A stretch of DNA of 64,000 bases from Pseudovirgaria hyperparasitica (Eukaryota). The notes under the pieces are model-generated. The model had not been told where the DNA came from. It did no database searches and saw only the letters and a list, made by a program, of their open reading frames with translations. A program made the position numbers and the translations under genes. Shown here one piece after another: positions 50,403 through 64,000 of this stretch (position 1 is the first letter of the stretch; every line of letters starts with the position of its first letter). Location of the stretch: the NCBI GenBank assembly GCA_010093815.1, contig ML996570.1; one strand, 5' to 3'.

Positions 50403-53021
50403 TTAAGGAGAGCTGGCCCGCTTGGAACGCTTCGACCGTTCCATCCAGCGCTTCTTCCCAACACGCGTGTCAAAGTGCGGTGCCTTCTGTGCAATGTCAT
50501 GTCCTGCGGCCATCATCGTACTGCGCATCTTGTTGCGGTATGCATCCACTATCATCCATCGTTAGCACTTCTCCTCATCCTTCTTCCACATCTTTTGACA
50601 TCACTTACAAGATCGCTGCAAGAACAACGTACGACCGGCGAACACTCTGCCTTGGCTCCAGCTCATGCGATAGCCCAATTCGTTCAGAGTGACTTCACGT
50701 GATCGTTTGGTCCGCGTGATTCGTGGCTTCGGCAGTTTGATGTCACCGCCGTCCATTGTTGGCACTGGAACGAGAGTTCGGCCAGTGACTGGAGCTTCGG
50801 CTTCGCGCTCGTCCTCGGGATCACTCGTGAAAACGTGCGTTCCACGTGGCGAAGCTGGAGGTGAGGCTGTCTGCATGTCAAAGCACGAGCGCGGGAAAAC
50901 CGAGTTAGATTTACGGTACGAGTCTGGAATCTCGTCCATGTTGACTTGATCGAGCATGACTCGTACGCGAACTCTGGTTCCTCGCTGAGCGTCGTCCACA
51001 AGAATGAACTTGCGACGCTTGGCCTCTGGTAGGTCCCCGAACAACGCAATCATACGCTCCTCATCAGCCCGTTTACCGGCAGGAGCAGCGCTTGAGTGCG
51101 GATGCGCATGACCACCAACGTGATCCATTGACCCGTGAATCGAGGGCATCGAAGAATTGCCTGCCGATGAGTAGCTAGGGTACGTAGGGCTGAAACTGTG
51201 TGCCGGGCGAACGTCGTTTGGTGAACTGATTCCCTGTCCATTGGTGGAGCCATGATGGTGGGTCTGCGGGCTTTGGTCGTAGCTGCTGCCTGATTGAGAG
51301 AAAGAAAAGTGATTAGCCGCCAGTCCACGCCATTGAGCGTCGTTAGTCGTTGCTGAGTGTGGGTGGTGGGTAGAGATGCGGCCGCGCAATAAACATGACA
51401 AGTGCAACTTTTCGGGCATGATGCTAAGTGCGTACTTGGATGATGGGTAAAGGGTAAAGACGCAGTACGAGGGGCCGCACCGGGAGGGAAACAATAATGT
51501 ACATGTGCAAGGCAAAGGTGACAAGAAGTGCATCTGAATATAAATCCCACAATCGCCAAAGTGCCAATCAATCATCCCATCTGGTGAAACATACCGCTGA
51601 CATCGTCGCTGCTACCCGGCGCGCCGCCTGGGTGCTCGTGATGATGGTGGAGCTGACCTCCCATTCCCATACCTGGCCTTGAACCTGGGGCTCCTGGCAA
51701 GCCCGCCGAGTTGGGAATCCCTGCGCTTCCCGGCGCGCTAGGCGTCATGTGTGGACCATGCTGCCCTCCCTGCACAGCTTTCCTGTTGGTGATCTTGGCC
51801 ATTCTTCGGACTCTGCGACTGCGAAGTCGTGGGTCTTGGTTGCTGTTCCTCCAGCTGTCCACTGCACGCTGGATCAATCCTCTCTTGCCTCTCAAGCATG
51901 GATTCAATTGCGCAAGAGCCCAGCCGACAGTGTTGCATTCCGTCTCGTAATGCAGGCGATTGCCTTTGTACTGATCCTTGTGGCAGCATGCGCGAGGGTA
52001 GACACAGTTCTCGGTCTTGAAGTCTTGCGGCAGTTCCTCCACATTTACCGACTCCACGTCACATCGAATGGTGTATTCCATCTTGACGCGATCTCTCGAG
52101 TACTCAAACGCAATCCACTGGACACCGTTCTGGTCTTGTCGAACAACAAGCGGAGTTGTGGCTGGGATAGGGCCTGGAGCAGCGTTGGGGTTTACGTTTG
52201 CTGAATTACCCGGGTGCATGCTACCAGCACTTCCAGGCGGACCCTGTGGAGTAGTCTGCGACGCGCCAAGTCCAGAAGGTGGTCGTTGATGTGGTGTCTG
52301 CGGCATCCGTGACTTTGGGCTGCCGGTCAAGCCTTTGTAGTCTGCGTGGGGAGATTGATGAAGTGGTTGACTGTGTGGGCCTTGAATCAACGATGGACTG
52401 GTGTGCATTGGGTTGTGTTGAACATGTTGACTGTATGACGTTTGTTGGTGAGGTAGCGAGTATTGAGGATAGTACATGCTTGATCCCATGCCTGATGCCG
52501 GTTGTCCATAGATCGGTCTGCCATGAGCATCGTGCTGCGGTGACTGCACCGGTGCGGGCGAGTTTGTTTGCGGAGTCGCGTACATTGGCGGGAATTGTCT
52601 CATCGTTGCGGTCGCCATTCCTAGCTCTGGTGTATCTAGATTTCTGTCAGGGGCAGTCCAACGACATACATGACAAAGCGGAAGCAGATTGCGATAGATG
52701 TATCGCTACTGCTGTTTGCTTACCTGCGGATGATGTGTAACTACCTGGTCCGCTCCCTGCGCTATATGGACTTGGATGCGATGAATAATAGGAAACCTCT
52801 GGAGGAGGTTGGTTAGGCTGACCCTGAATCGGATAGGGACTCTGGTGTTGCTGAGGAATTGAATGAGTCGAATTGTGAGGCGAAGGGTAGGGTCCTTGTG
52901 GCGGTGGTTGCGGATGCTGCGGTTGATGTGGTGAGCCTGGATGCTGCTGCTGGATCACTCCTGGTCGCTGGTGGAGATGCTGCGGCGGTGGCAAGCCTTG
53001 CGAGGACTGATGGGGATGATG
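50403..53021 (-). CDS. Conserved filamentous-fungal protein with Q/P/H-rich regions and two diverged copies of one domain; putative transcriptional or developmental regulator (5' end unresolved)
   Basis: Exons 52724-53021, 51595-52635, about 50608-51289 and 50403-about 50547 join in frame. Domain 1: WIAFEYSRDRVKMEYTIRCDVESV..FKTENCVYPRA..CNTVGWALA.LN..LRGKRGLIQRAVDSWRN. Domain 2: RVRVRVMLDQV..YRKSNSVFPRS..LNELGYRMSW..FAGRTLFLQRSLDAYRN. Confidence 0.85.
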
Positions 53022-54605
53022 CTGGCGACGGCAATGTTAGCATGAACAGCGTGGTTTTGCAAAATAGCAGAGTGCATATGAGCGAAGTTGCAGGATTTGG
53101 GAGTGTGAAGAGAAGAGCTGCTGCCACGACCCGTCACCCTCGTACGCGTCTGTAGGTAAACAAGAAGCCTGTGCCTAGGCAGGGATGAAGGCTCAAGGGT
53201 TGATATGAGTCCTGGTCCCGACCTGGTTCCTGGACAGACAAGATCAGGCATGCCATATTTCTGCCGAAATGTCCGGGTATGGGTGAGAGAAAATGGACTG
53301 GCAGCATACATGACGACTATTGTTTCTGTCCTCTCCAGACAATTGCAACAGAAACCTTGACAAGCGGGCAATGAACGGGAAACTTGGAGACAGTAAAGGA
53401 AGCCTTACAAGAGGGAGATTCTGCTTTGAGATGGAGACAGGAAGAGGGAGAGATTGGAAGAAGGAGAAGAGTAAGGATGACGATTGGCAATGAACGTTGA
53501 AGAAAGATGAAGAAGGATGTTGGTGGGGAGGTGCAACGGGGAGGGATGTTGTACAGCAGTGGAGTTTCTTAAGCAGAACCAACTAGCAGGGATAGAGCAA
53601 GGCGTAGAAGAGGTGGTACGATGATAAACAGCAAGCAGATAGAAAGCAGACGGAAACAGCGTAGAAGCAGAAAGTAGATGACAGGGAACCAGGGAGCAGT
53701 AGAACAATAGACCAGGGAGGGGGAGGGGGTAGTGGTGTGGTGGGGATAATGATGATGATGATGGTGGTGGTGGTGTTTGAGAAGAGTATGAGGGTGCAGG
53801 GAAGCGGTCAGCAGTCAGCAAGTCAGCCAGAACTGGGCAGCAAATAGCCAAATTGCGCCTGTGCTTGTTTGGGGGGGGGGAGGGGGAGGGGGAGAGGGCA
53901 GAGGGAATTGGGCAGCGGGCGGCGGGCAGTGAGCAGTAAAGTTGGGGTGGCGTCTTGGCGACAGAAAGAAAAAGTAAAGAAAAAAAGGGCCCGGAGGGTG
54001 AATCAGCCACGGTAAGAGAAGCGGCGCATACCATGTAGGGAGCCAGAACCACGCGAGAACGGAACGAGTACGTGAGTTTCGAGGGGTCGATCGCTCGTCC
54101 AAAATAAAATATACCTGACGCGGCCTTGTCCTTGACACGCAACCACGATGCGCTCAGATAGCCTGGTGCATGCAGGAGAGGTCCAGCCCAGTCGAATGTA
54201 ATGCTAATATCCCGTGCAATACAACAAACAAGGTTTGCGCCGTGAGAGCAGCGACCGGACGGCGGCCTGGGGAGAGATGGATGCAAGGGAGAGGGAGAGA
54301 GATAGAGACAGAGATGGAGAGAGAGCGAGAGACAGAGTTTGCGGATGAGCGCTGGCTGGACGTTGATGCTAAGTGGGCGCGTCGACGGATGTTCCCAGCA
54401 ACGACAGTGCAATCGTGGTCCTCGTCCTCGAGGGTTGTTCTAGGGCGGCTGTAGCAAGGGGAATGATGTCGCGCAGAAAATGGATTGGGTTCAACGGTAG
54501 AACTTTGTAGAAAGAGCAAACAAGCAGACGAGAGTAGCGCGTATAGAAGTAGTAGACTGCTTGTCGTTCTGACAGGGCCGGCCAGTCGCCAGGGTTGTTG
54601 GTGTC

Positions 54606-54662
54606 GGTATGGATGGTATGGACGGTATGGATTGTATGGATTGTATGGATGGTATGGATTGT
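54606..54662 (+). repeat. 9-bp tandem repeat (GTATGGAYK), about 6 units
   Basis: gtatggatg gtatggacg gtatggatt gtatggatt gtatggatg gtatggatt. Confidence 0.9.
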
Positions 54663-57600
54663 AGGCGGAGGCCCCCAGGAAGTGGCAGTAGTGCAGGCTG
54701 TCAAGCAGCGTGTGCGCATGCGAGAGGGATTGCGAATGACCAGGGAGGGCTTTTTGGGGCTTTTTTTCTTCAACTTACCAGTCCTTCCGCCACAGGCTCG
54801 GCCCTGTGGTATCTTTGGGGAGACATTGCCCTCTGGCGCGGCGATGCATGCGCCATTCGTAATGACCGTACTGACGATGACGATGGTGATGGTGATGACG
54901 AAGATGAAGATGATAAAAAAGAAGACCACGATGGGTTGGTGATGTTATTGATATGGTTGGCTGTTAGGTGATGGGTGTGTGAGGATGGTGCAGCGTGCTG
55001 ATCGGAGCAGCGAGGCTTCGACTACTTCAGAAACCACTGGGCTCCGGCTACAGGATGACAAGTTGCAAACGATATGGTCGGTCGAACTGACAGAACAAAA
55101 GGAGGGGGAGGGTGTGAAGGGCAGGATATGGGATGGAAGGGGAGGGGGGAGGGGGGGGCAAGAGGTAGTGGTGATGCAGTGGTGTGTGGGTGGTGGGAGT
55201 TGTGTTGTGGTAATGTAGTAGCTAGTGTCAGTGAGTGAAAGATAGCGAGCTAGTAGCCTATTAGGCAGCTAGAAGAGTGGAGAGAGCAGGCAGGTAACAT
55301 GAAATGCAGATGGGCAGCAGCTGTTGAATGTTCAAGATTCGGGATGGGGGCCTGAGGTGGTGGTGGTGCTGGTGGTGGTGCTGGTTGTGAATCTGTGTGG
55401 TGGTGGGCAGCGTCGAGGGTCGAGGGGTCGAGGGTCAATCAAGGGCGTCAGTTGATTAAAGTGGAGCTTGGGCCGGTGGGCGCTGGTTTGGTCGGTTACA
55501 GGGTGAATTACAGTCATCATTACAGGGTGGTGCGGCTCGAGACAGGCCTGACAATTAACTTAAGCTTCAATATCAACGCATACTGTTTGTTAACGCATCT
55601 CCACTAATGCTTGTATTTCATCATATGGTCAAATAGGCGAAGAATGATGAGTGACAAGTAAAGACAGTACACACAGTAATACGCGGTGCAGAGTGAAGAT
55701 AGACCGGTCACGCCTGGGCTGGGGGTGTGTAGGGCAATTCAATGCACTCGGTAATTGATTAATTAGAGCATCAATATTATTAGCATTTCTGGAGAGCCCT
55801 CCGCAGAAAGAGGTTTATTCACTTGGATGCTGACGCGCTCTGTGCGAGCCACGAGCGAATTAGCTACCTCTCTCTGTCGCCGCTCATCTCATCGTCAGGC
55901 TCCAAGGCAGAAATCATGGCCAACCACCGCGAATCATTTTCCTTTTCACTCCCACTCTCACATTCTGACAATGTCGCCTCTCTATGAATATTGACTCTCT
56001 CTGTCTCTTCCTCTCTCTCTTCTCATCCACCAAACCCCCCCCCCCCCCCCCTCCTGGCACTACTGCCCCGCCACTCGACCGTTGTCTGTGCTTCTTGCAT
56101 CTTGCATCGCTCTCCTCAATCTACTGCCCGAAGCCACTCGCCGCTGTCTTGTCCTCTTCCGCTTCCTCCTCTCCCTTCGCGTCTCAGCTTTCCATTCGCA
56201 CACTGACCAGCTCCAATGCCGATAACCTGCCGGGCCAGTCAACGATGGCCCTCCTGATGGCGCTGGCGCACGCAAGAATAAATCCAAAACACGCCAGGGA
56301 TCACGGTCCCATGGCCTGTCTATCCCTCTCTCGTCCAAGCGTACCCAGCAATTCTGCCTACCCGCTTGCGACATCGTACACAAACATACATGGCACATGC
56401 AGCAACAGCGCTTGCTGCTTCTTCCACTTCCTGATGCCCTCATCTATGACAAGCGATGCATGGCTGTGTGCGACTTTGCTCATTTTCAAGTCACCAGAAT
56501 GCCACCCCCCGCATGTCGCGTCCAGTGTGCTGGTTCAACCGTGGAACTGCGCTTCAGCGCTTGATGAGGCGTGGCACAGCTTTTCAGCCCATTGTGCACC
56601 ATGACTTGTGACTCCGACTTTCACGGGCCGCCCAGAACTGCTGAGGCGTGGAAAGAAGCGTGGACAGGAGCGTGGGTCCCGCGTGGGCTGCTGGTCTCTT
56701 CGGGATCCCTGGGTTTTGACGACCGAGGAAGGCATATACTATGTATGGCAAAAGAGCTGGTCCATGATACCGTAACTAGGTATACACCAGGTAAACGCAA
56801 AGACCGTTTCTAGCTTTGGAAACTAAGCATGGAGGCCATGTTCGCGGGTACGCCCGTGTCTATCATCAGCCTGGCACCTGGTACACAAATAGTCGACACA
56901 AGCTGAAAATTAATCTGGTGGCCATCATAGATGGAGCTTGCGCGCAACACAAAGGCAGTTCATCATCAAGCTCTCCAACAACAAGCCCCTATCAATGTAT
57001 GGCGCTACGCGGAATTTATATGGCTTCCACATGCCACTCGTACCGGCAGACACGAGATCGGAAGCCGATGTTTCCATTTTTGCCGACTTTCCTGTTCGCC
57101 ATCCTGCAGATAATACTGCTGACATAATTGAATTTTCTGTTGCGTCGGGTTAGCGGGCTCAGTCCATCCTTCTGCCCGTCGTTCTGCTGGTAGGGAGGGG
57201 GCACGGCGTTACACACTTTGTAAGCAATAGCGTACTCTCAGCCGGACCTCGGAACATCGTAACGAAAACTATTATGCATGCGTCCGGTGACAGTTCCCGT
57301 CATCAACGACAAGTCATGATGATTGATCGGAGACTCGGTCGTGTTGTCAGTATAGGTCGACGTCGTGATGGTCCCACACATCTTCCGTCACATCATCTCC
57401 CTAAGCCTCGCTTTACTTTTACGGTCGCGTCGGTTTAATACGAGACTAAACAGTCCTTCAACGCTAGTAGTCAATCTCTAGACGTGTTTCATGTTAGCAA
57501 CTCTCGGCCCGTGAACTGTGCCTGAAGTGATTTAACCCACATACACCGACCGAACGCCACAGGAAGTGATGCTCGGCCCATCACCGTCTCGCCTGGTTCG

Positions 57601-60600
57601 CGCTTTCAGAAATGGTCGATGCGGAACAGCCGACGATAATATCAGACTCCGCTATTCCTCTCACTGACAGACAGCCCAAGAGCATCAAGCACGCGTCGTT
57701 CAAGTGTTCCGCTCGTTTACTCTTCTAGCGCCCCGCGTGCTCGTATTCTTCCACGTCTTCGTATCGGCGTTCGCGACGTCGTCTCTCGGTGCGTTTCATC
57801 GTTTCCGTGTGGGTTAGGCGTTCGCTTACGTCGTTTCCCACCGTCGGCAGCGCTTGCTTCATTTCACCCTTGCGTGATCATGCCCACCGGCTTTATACAC
57901 TGCTAACGGTCTTTGACGTTCTTGGCCGCCGGAGTACTGTTTCCTAGAATGTGTCTGTTTCCTTCACAATAGCCGACATATTAGCGCACGGAAGTTGCCA
58001 GGCCGCTTATCTGCGAGTCCCCAATAGCCATCTCAGTCTGCTCTTACACTCGCGCTAGGAGCTCAGAAAAAACTCAATCGCTCAACGTCTCATACACGGT
58101 ACACCTACTACTCAGACGAAGCTTTTAGCGTCTCCTCTCGACTCCTCGTAGGTACTGACCACAGAGTTCTTTTCCTTTTGGCATAATCAGATTGCCGCGT
58201 TCCCGGACCTCAAAGCGAAGATTGGTGCATATCACAGTGCCTTCCACTGTTGTCATCACATGTCAGAAGGATAATGCTTGCCGGAAGCTAGCAAACTGCT
58301 TAGAACTTGTGGCCAATTACTCACGCAGAACTATTCTGCATGCAGTATCTGATTCATCACGCCTCAGTCGTTAAAACTCGTGAAGCTTTACGCTGTTGAA
58401 GTCTCATCATAGCCCTGTCTTCGTCTTTTTGAGGTAGGTGTGCTGCTTCATGATGCTGCACATGAAAAGGTGAAAGACACGCAGACGTAACTCAACAAAC
58501 CACACACGCAATGGGAGGCAAGATGCCAAACCTTCTCAATACAAACAGTCACCAACCTCAAGTATTCCCCAATGCTTACCTACTTGCTTGAACCGATAGG
58601 TAGCATAATGACCGGGAGGACTTTGTATCCAGAAGAATATTTGTCGTGCAATTAGGCTCACTTACTCCCTGGACTATTCTATGTGGAGGCATCATGGGTA
58701 TAATATATAATGTCCGATGCCGTGAAGCGATCATGGTTCTCTTCCTGGTACCGAGATGGCAGCCCGCCCAGGGATGCCAGGTCAGAGGCGCAAGGCATAC
58801 GACAGGACAACAGATGATCGCAGGAACTGCTCCATCAACAAGATCTATCATCTTTGGCCGCCACAATCTACGAGCGTCTCGATAGAGAGGTGCTCTAGTG
58901 CTTTCCCATCACCTCATAAGATTGTTCCTCCTACTGTTATATGTTAAACTTGGAAGTTTTCATTAAAGAACTGTGCTGTACGTACGTGCTGACAAGATTC
59001 CCCATGGCGCAGCCTCTTTAGGCGTTTACCCATGTGGCAGCCTACGGGAAAGGAAAGAACCATGGACCCACGTTCAAGCCTAAGGCTTCTGTATAAGTTT
59101 TAGAGGCTTAGGAACATAGTACGGGAGAGACCAGGGTTCCAAAACTCCGACATAATCATCATCTTCACGGAAAGACCAAGGTAGATCTACCAAGCTTCCC
59201 GAATACATGGGCGACTTCAGATCACTGACACATTATTGGGGTTTCGTCCGGCTCGGAGAAGCACGGGGTCCTGGTCAACGAGACATGTTCCACCGGGGCC
59301 ACGGCCCACAAACCATCGGATAGAACGCAATGATGGACCGAATGCTTTTCGCAGCATCTGTGTTGGCCCACACATGTGGTCTCCTTTCCATTTTCCTCGG
59401 ACTACGATATGCAGTTGCCCAATCTACAGCGGCAGCTTATCACAACTGTGTGAGACATTGGAATTATCTCTGCTGCCATCCTTGGCCCAAATAGTGCAGA
59501 GACCCGGATTCCTCCATGATTTCAGACATGCGATTGGGTGGTGCGAGCTGACGCGAGATGCAGCTTGCACGGCAATATCGTGTATAAACAAGCCGTTCAC
59601 ACGCACCTATATCCCGAAGACCTGACAGCTGAGATATGGGAAATTAAGGACTAGTTTCACTCCAGCACTCACTGCCGGCCATGATCAGAGCGACAAATGA
59701 CAATTGGATGAAGGCATTGGCTCCCGTAGAAAGGCCGAGTGGTTTCGGTGGTACTGCGGTGCTCAGCCAGCGACGATATTGTGTATAGGCCCAGAGTACA
59801 TAACTGCGGGTCACGGGTGCTTTCAGTCAACTAATAGCTTGGCTGTCCGGGTGACCTTGGAAGGCTGATGGCTCCATCGCCAGGCTCCATGATGACGATC
59901 GATCGAAGCCAGGGACCGGGACTTCAGAACTCCAGAACGCCAGAACAAAGCTTGCCAACGATGATTCCCTCACGACAGTGAGCGGAACCATTCGATGCAG
60001 CATCTGGACAAGACCAACAGGACGCGAAGTTAATGCCGCTGTCAAGGCCGATTTAAAAATAACGATATACTGCTTTGAAATGCCGCCCAGCTCGCTTGCA
60101 AACAGACGGCCAACTTCCTAACGTTCATGCATAAGTGCTCCTGCTTGCAAAAGACGATTGGCTCCAGCGCTGGCGACGAGGATGAGTGAAAGCCGTCCGC
60201 GGTATCCTTACGTCTAACAGACATGGGCTCGGATAGTGCATGGAGGGGGTTTTATACCAGGGGGGAGGGGGCCGGGACAAGTTCGAAGAGCTCTGCCTAC
60301 CCTGTCTCCTTGCCCCTGTCCCTGTCCCCCTAGGCTCCCGCCAGAATCCTGGACGAAGCAAGGAAGAGAGCAGACGAAGAGAGAAGACGATGCAAGAAGA
60401 AACGACAGCAGCAACAAGATCAGGCCAGGCCAACCATTCCATTCGGTCCGTTGACTCTGACAGTTACTAGGGCGGGGGTGCAGGGTATGGCCAGCCAGGT
60501 TTTACTGGCTGCACCGTGGCGCCACTACCCAGTCGACGCTACCTAGGCACGCATGCTGCCATGACCAGGCTCGATTTTCTTTCTGGCACGCCTGCATCTG

Positions 60601-63600
60601 TCTGCATCGACATGTACATGGTAGCTATCTCATCTTGAAGCCTCATACCCGAAGGTGATCCTGAATCCTGCACTCGCAGGCTGGAGCATGCATTTGCCAT
60701 CTGCTTGTCCTTGTTGACGACAAAGGGTTGCCCTTCATCTCCGGTTGTACCTCAGCCCGACTATGCGGCAACAGGCCTCCCACTGCCGCGACCGCTACGA
60801 TCGCGTCACCCTAGACTTTCCAGATTGGTGTTTGACAGCTGCGCCAGATTGATTCTTCACCCGTCGCCCAGCCTTGACCAGAGCTTCGACAACGACCATC
60901 CGGCACGTTACACACTCGAAACACGCCCTGTCCATGCCATGAACCGTCTCCAGTATCGTATCTGAGAACTCTCATTGCATCGCACCGGTCGAGAACGACG
61001 ATACGGGTCGCATATCGACGAGCCATCATCCTACCAGACCCGCCTATTCCGATTCGTGAGGTGCGTCATCAAATCGAGCGCGAACAGAGCTTGCTTCTGC
61101 CTCAGCTCTGAGCTATCATCCTATACTTCTGCTGTCCGCGACTCGACAGTTGTAGAGACCCTTAGCGAAACTTATTGTGGCATTGTACGACCTCGCGTGC
61201 ACTGAAATGACCAATTATCTTCGTATTGCAAGATTTGAACCATCAGGCGACTCAAAGGTATGATCAGATACATCATGGTCAAATTGGTCCTAAGAAGTCA
61301 GCGCCTCGACCGCAAACGAAGTCTAATGCCGTTCGAGACTAAATTCGCAGAGTCACTGGAGCCAGCAGTTACTATAATTAGCTTTATACGTTTACGTTAA
61401 GATTGCCATCATTTGACGCTATGCTCGGATCACCTTATGCCCAAGTGGACCCAACGGTCACGCGTGCGCGCTATCACATCTAATAATTGCTAATTAATAG
61501 TTACTGTGTGCAGCTCAAAGTTCCATATGCGTCACGTGTGGTAGACGGCTTCATTTCTGGGCCGCATCCGCTGCGGTGAGTCGGGAGAGCTCCACAGCGA
61601 AAGCTTCAAGGCGTCTCGACTCATGGCCGCCATCAAGTCCCTCCTCGTCTCGACATTCCTTGTAGTCTACAACTGCACCGCACGGACAGTGGAGACCGTC
61701 TCTACGCTGTGTTGTTAGAGCTAACACGAATTCAAGGATAAGCAATATGAGTGCTAGAGGTCGCCGTAGAGTGCGCGAAACTCCCTAGGTTTCCATCTTG
61801 AGAGTCAGCGGACATCCCGAGACTTCACATTCATGACTGAATTCACCTGCCGCATCGGAGCTACTTCGTCTTTCGGAAAAGCTGTCCCCCGATCAGGACG
61901 TCGGCGTAGAGAGAGATGCCGCGGAGCATCTACTTAGAAGGTTGGGTATTCATACAAACATCCTACTGGCAATCGTCTTGATCCACTCCACTTCCCGAAA
62001 GGCCGCGCGCAACAGCGTCTGGAGTCGCACAGCCAAGCCGAGCTGAGCAGTTCTATCTTTGACTATGCCCAGGCCTTCTCTATGCCTCCATAGGTCCACT
62101 TCTTTGGCCTTTATCTCACCTCATCTTGGGCTGTTTCACATTCGAGCGCGGGACGAATGCCGGTGCTTTTTGCAGGTGACACTCCTCACCGATGACCAAT
62201 CGATACCCACCGCGCTATGATTTTCTTTTTCCCTTTCCTTTATCATCGACGCCACTGAATCATTGTGGTACGAGTCTTAAACGGCTTCAACGGTGCTTGA
62301 TTATCGACTAAGGAAACACATAGGCCGGTCTTCTACTAACGTGCTAAGACGACATGGTTCTCCAGACCTAAAAGGCATCCACAGCGGCGAACGTTGAGGT
62401 CCTGACTCAGGTCAACTCTTTCGGTTGCCTTCACGTATTTGTGCTTGCTCGTACGAAAAGGCACCGACGCGAGGGACAATCCGCAAATAGCCGACTTGCA
62501 ATCCCTATCATCAGATGCTGTTTTACGCGCGTAGTGATGCTGTGCTCAAGACAAAGTTCGGAGAATGCCCTCAGTTCACTGACTGCTATCGTAGCGGGCA
62601 AAGGCTATACCTGCAGAAGAGTCATCAAGTTTCGGTGTTGCAGGAACTAGTTCCAATTGCCGGATATTGCCTCAGGACCGATCGGTCAAGTCCTCCTCGG
62701 TCAGACTATGCATTCGTGAGGCACGCCGCACACGAAGTCAATATCCAGATTACTGCTTCGGAGAGACTGAGATATTGCGTGGTCGCGTAGAGCGTTCATC
62801 ACCTTCGAGTCTGGAGCGTGTACAAGTTCTTGTGAGGCCCCTTTCTCCGTGCAGCAACATCATTCGATCTCACGTGTCGCCATGCGTACGCCTCACTTTT
62901 GACACCGTCGACTTGCTGTAATCAGTCTTCGCTGGCAGTGCAGTGGAGATCGTAAGCCATTTCTGGAGTCAAAACTGTGGAACCGAACTGAAGTTCCACC
63001 TGGCGATTGCCAGAGGGGTTCGTAGTGCTGTGGGCGGGCTCATAGATCGAGGAATGCCTGTTGAGATTCTCACGTCCCATCCAGGGATGACATTACAGGG
63101 CTTTGCATTTCATGGAGTTTGGAATCTCGTTAATCGCCCTCCCGCGTCTTTTATGCGTCTTCGTGGACCCAGATTAACTCCATGCTACCTTAATTGTGGT
63201 ATCTGAATGTGATGTTTGGCATATGACATGGTGAATGCACTCTTAACCACATCTGCTCACTGTTGGGGTTTCTGAGCCTAGTGGAGGTGGTATCCCTGCT
63301 GGACTGGGTCACAGAGGGCTTCTTTGCGCTGCCCTTGAGCACACTCAATGAGCCTTTGCATCGTTCCTGGTTGTGTCAAGGCTGATATCAGGCATGCTTG
63401 GATACTGAGACCCTGAGCGCTCAAGCGGTGCTCCCTACCCTTCTACTGCCAGGAAAAGTGTGATGTGAGGCATGCGAGAATGTTACGTCTTCCAGCGCCA
63501 CCCAAGTACGCCAATTTCTTCATTTGCGGTGATCAAGAGCTTTCGCTAGGCATGGCTGTGAGACTGTGCGAAGCTCGTAGATGACCATCTCATGGCGACG

Positions 63601-64000
63601 GCTGTCATGACCAAGAAAATAAGCGTCGTTCTCATACAGCTGCTGGTCACAGTCTTATTGTGTGCTAATGTCTGTTCTATGATCCAGACATGACTTTCGA
63701 AACGCTGATGGCGTCGCAAGCCTCAACGTATATATGTCCCCACGGCTTGTAGTTGGACCTGAAAGACTTTGAAACACCGTACGAACAGATGCGTTCTACC
63801 GGGAACCATGAGCGCGTCTACATGGACTTGATGGACTGCTGTATTATATCCTTACGAGTGTTCTGGACAAGAGTACTCTCTCTTTACGACCTCCTGGGTC
63901 GCCATATATCCATCAAATGACGACGACGAATAACCGGCGTTGAGCTGTCAAACCGGATGAAATACTAGTTTCTCTCTCGCGCATCCTCTCTACCAGCCTG

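Noticed and set aside
53405..54412. 335-aa ORF and neighbouring ORFs at 54154-54971
   Set aside because: Low-complexity L/S/P translation of a pyrimidine-rich strand and repeats; no domain-like content.
54606..54662. Regularly spaced short repeats as a CRISPR-like array
   Set aside because: These are spacer-less 9-bp tandem units in a eukaryotic genome, i.e. a minisatellite.
61551..62940. Coding-like fragments on the minus strand with possible splice sites
   Set aside because: I could not assemble a consistent frame or recognise any family. It may be a decayed gene, but this is unsupported.

Overview
Eukaryotic DNA from a filamentous ascomycete (Pezizomycotina-type genes; short GT-AG introns with CTRAC branch sites). 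The window holds a run of conserved genes: a Med2-like gene, PUB1/TIA-1, PIF1, SNF4, PTC1, VPS2/DID4, FZO1, an Hrr1/ZNFX1-like helicase, SPT8, a fungal hypothetical gene, a GPI-anchored Cys-rich protein and a secreted intradiol dioxygenase. It also holds a dispersed 5S rRNA gene, a multi-stop pseudogene, and a Q/P/H-rich two-domain putative regulator inside a large gene-poor region (about 46.4-64 kb). The standout lies at 9192-11367 (-), between PUB1 and PIF1. Several fragmentary ORFs there splice by hand into one 9-exon, 551-aa reading frame of four tandem 6-Cys SH3b-like modules. Each module is followed by a Ser-rich 'SGSS' linker and a hydrophobic segment. The three internal segments look like both a GPI-attachment signal and a cleavable signal peptide, suggesting a polyprotein that yields several secreted or GPI-anchored cell-surface proteins. 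All gene models were spliced by eye and no database search was run.
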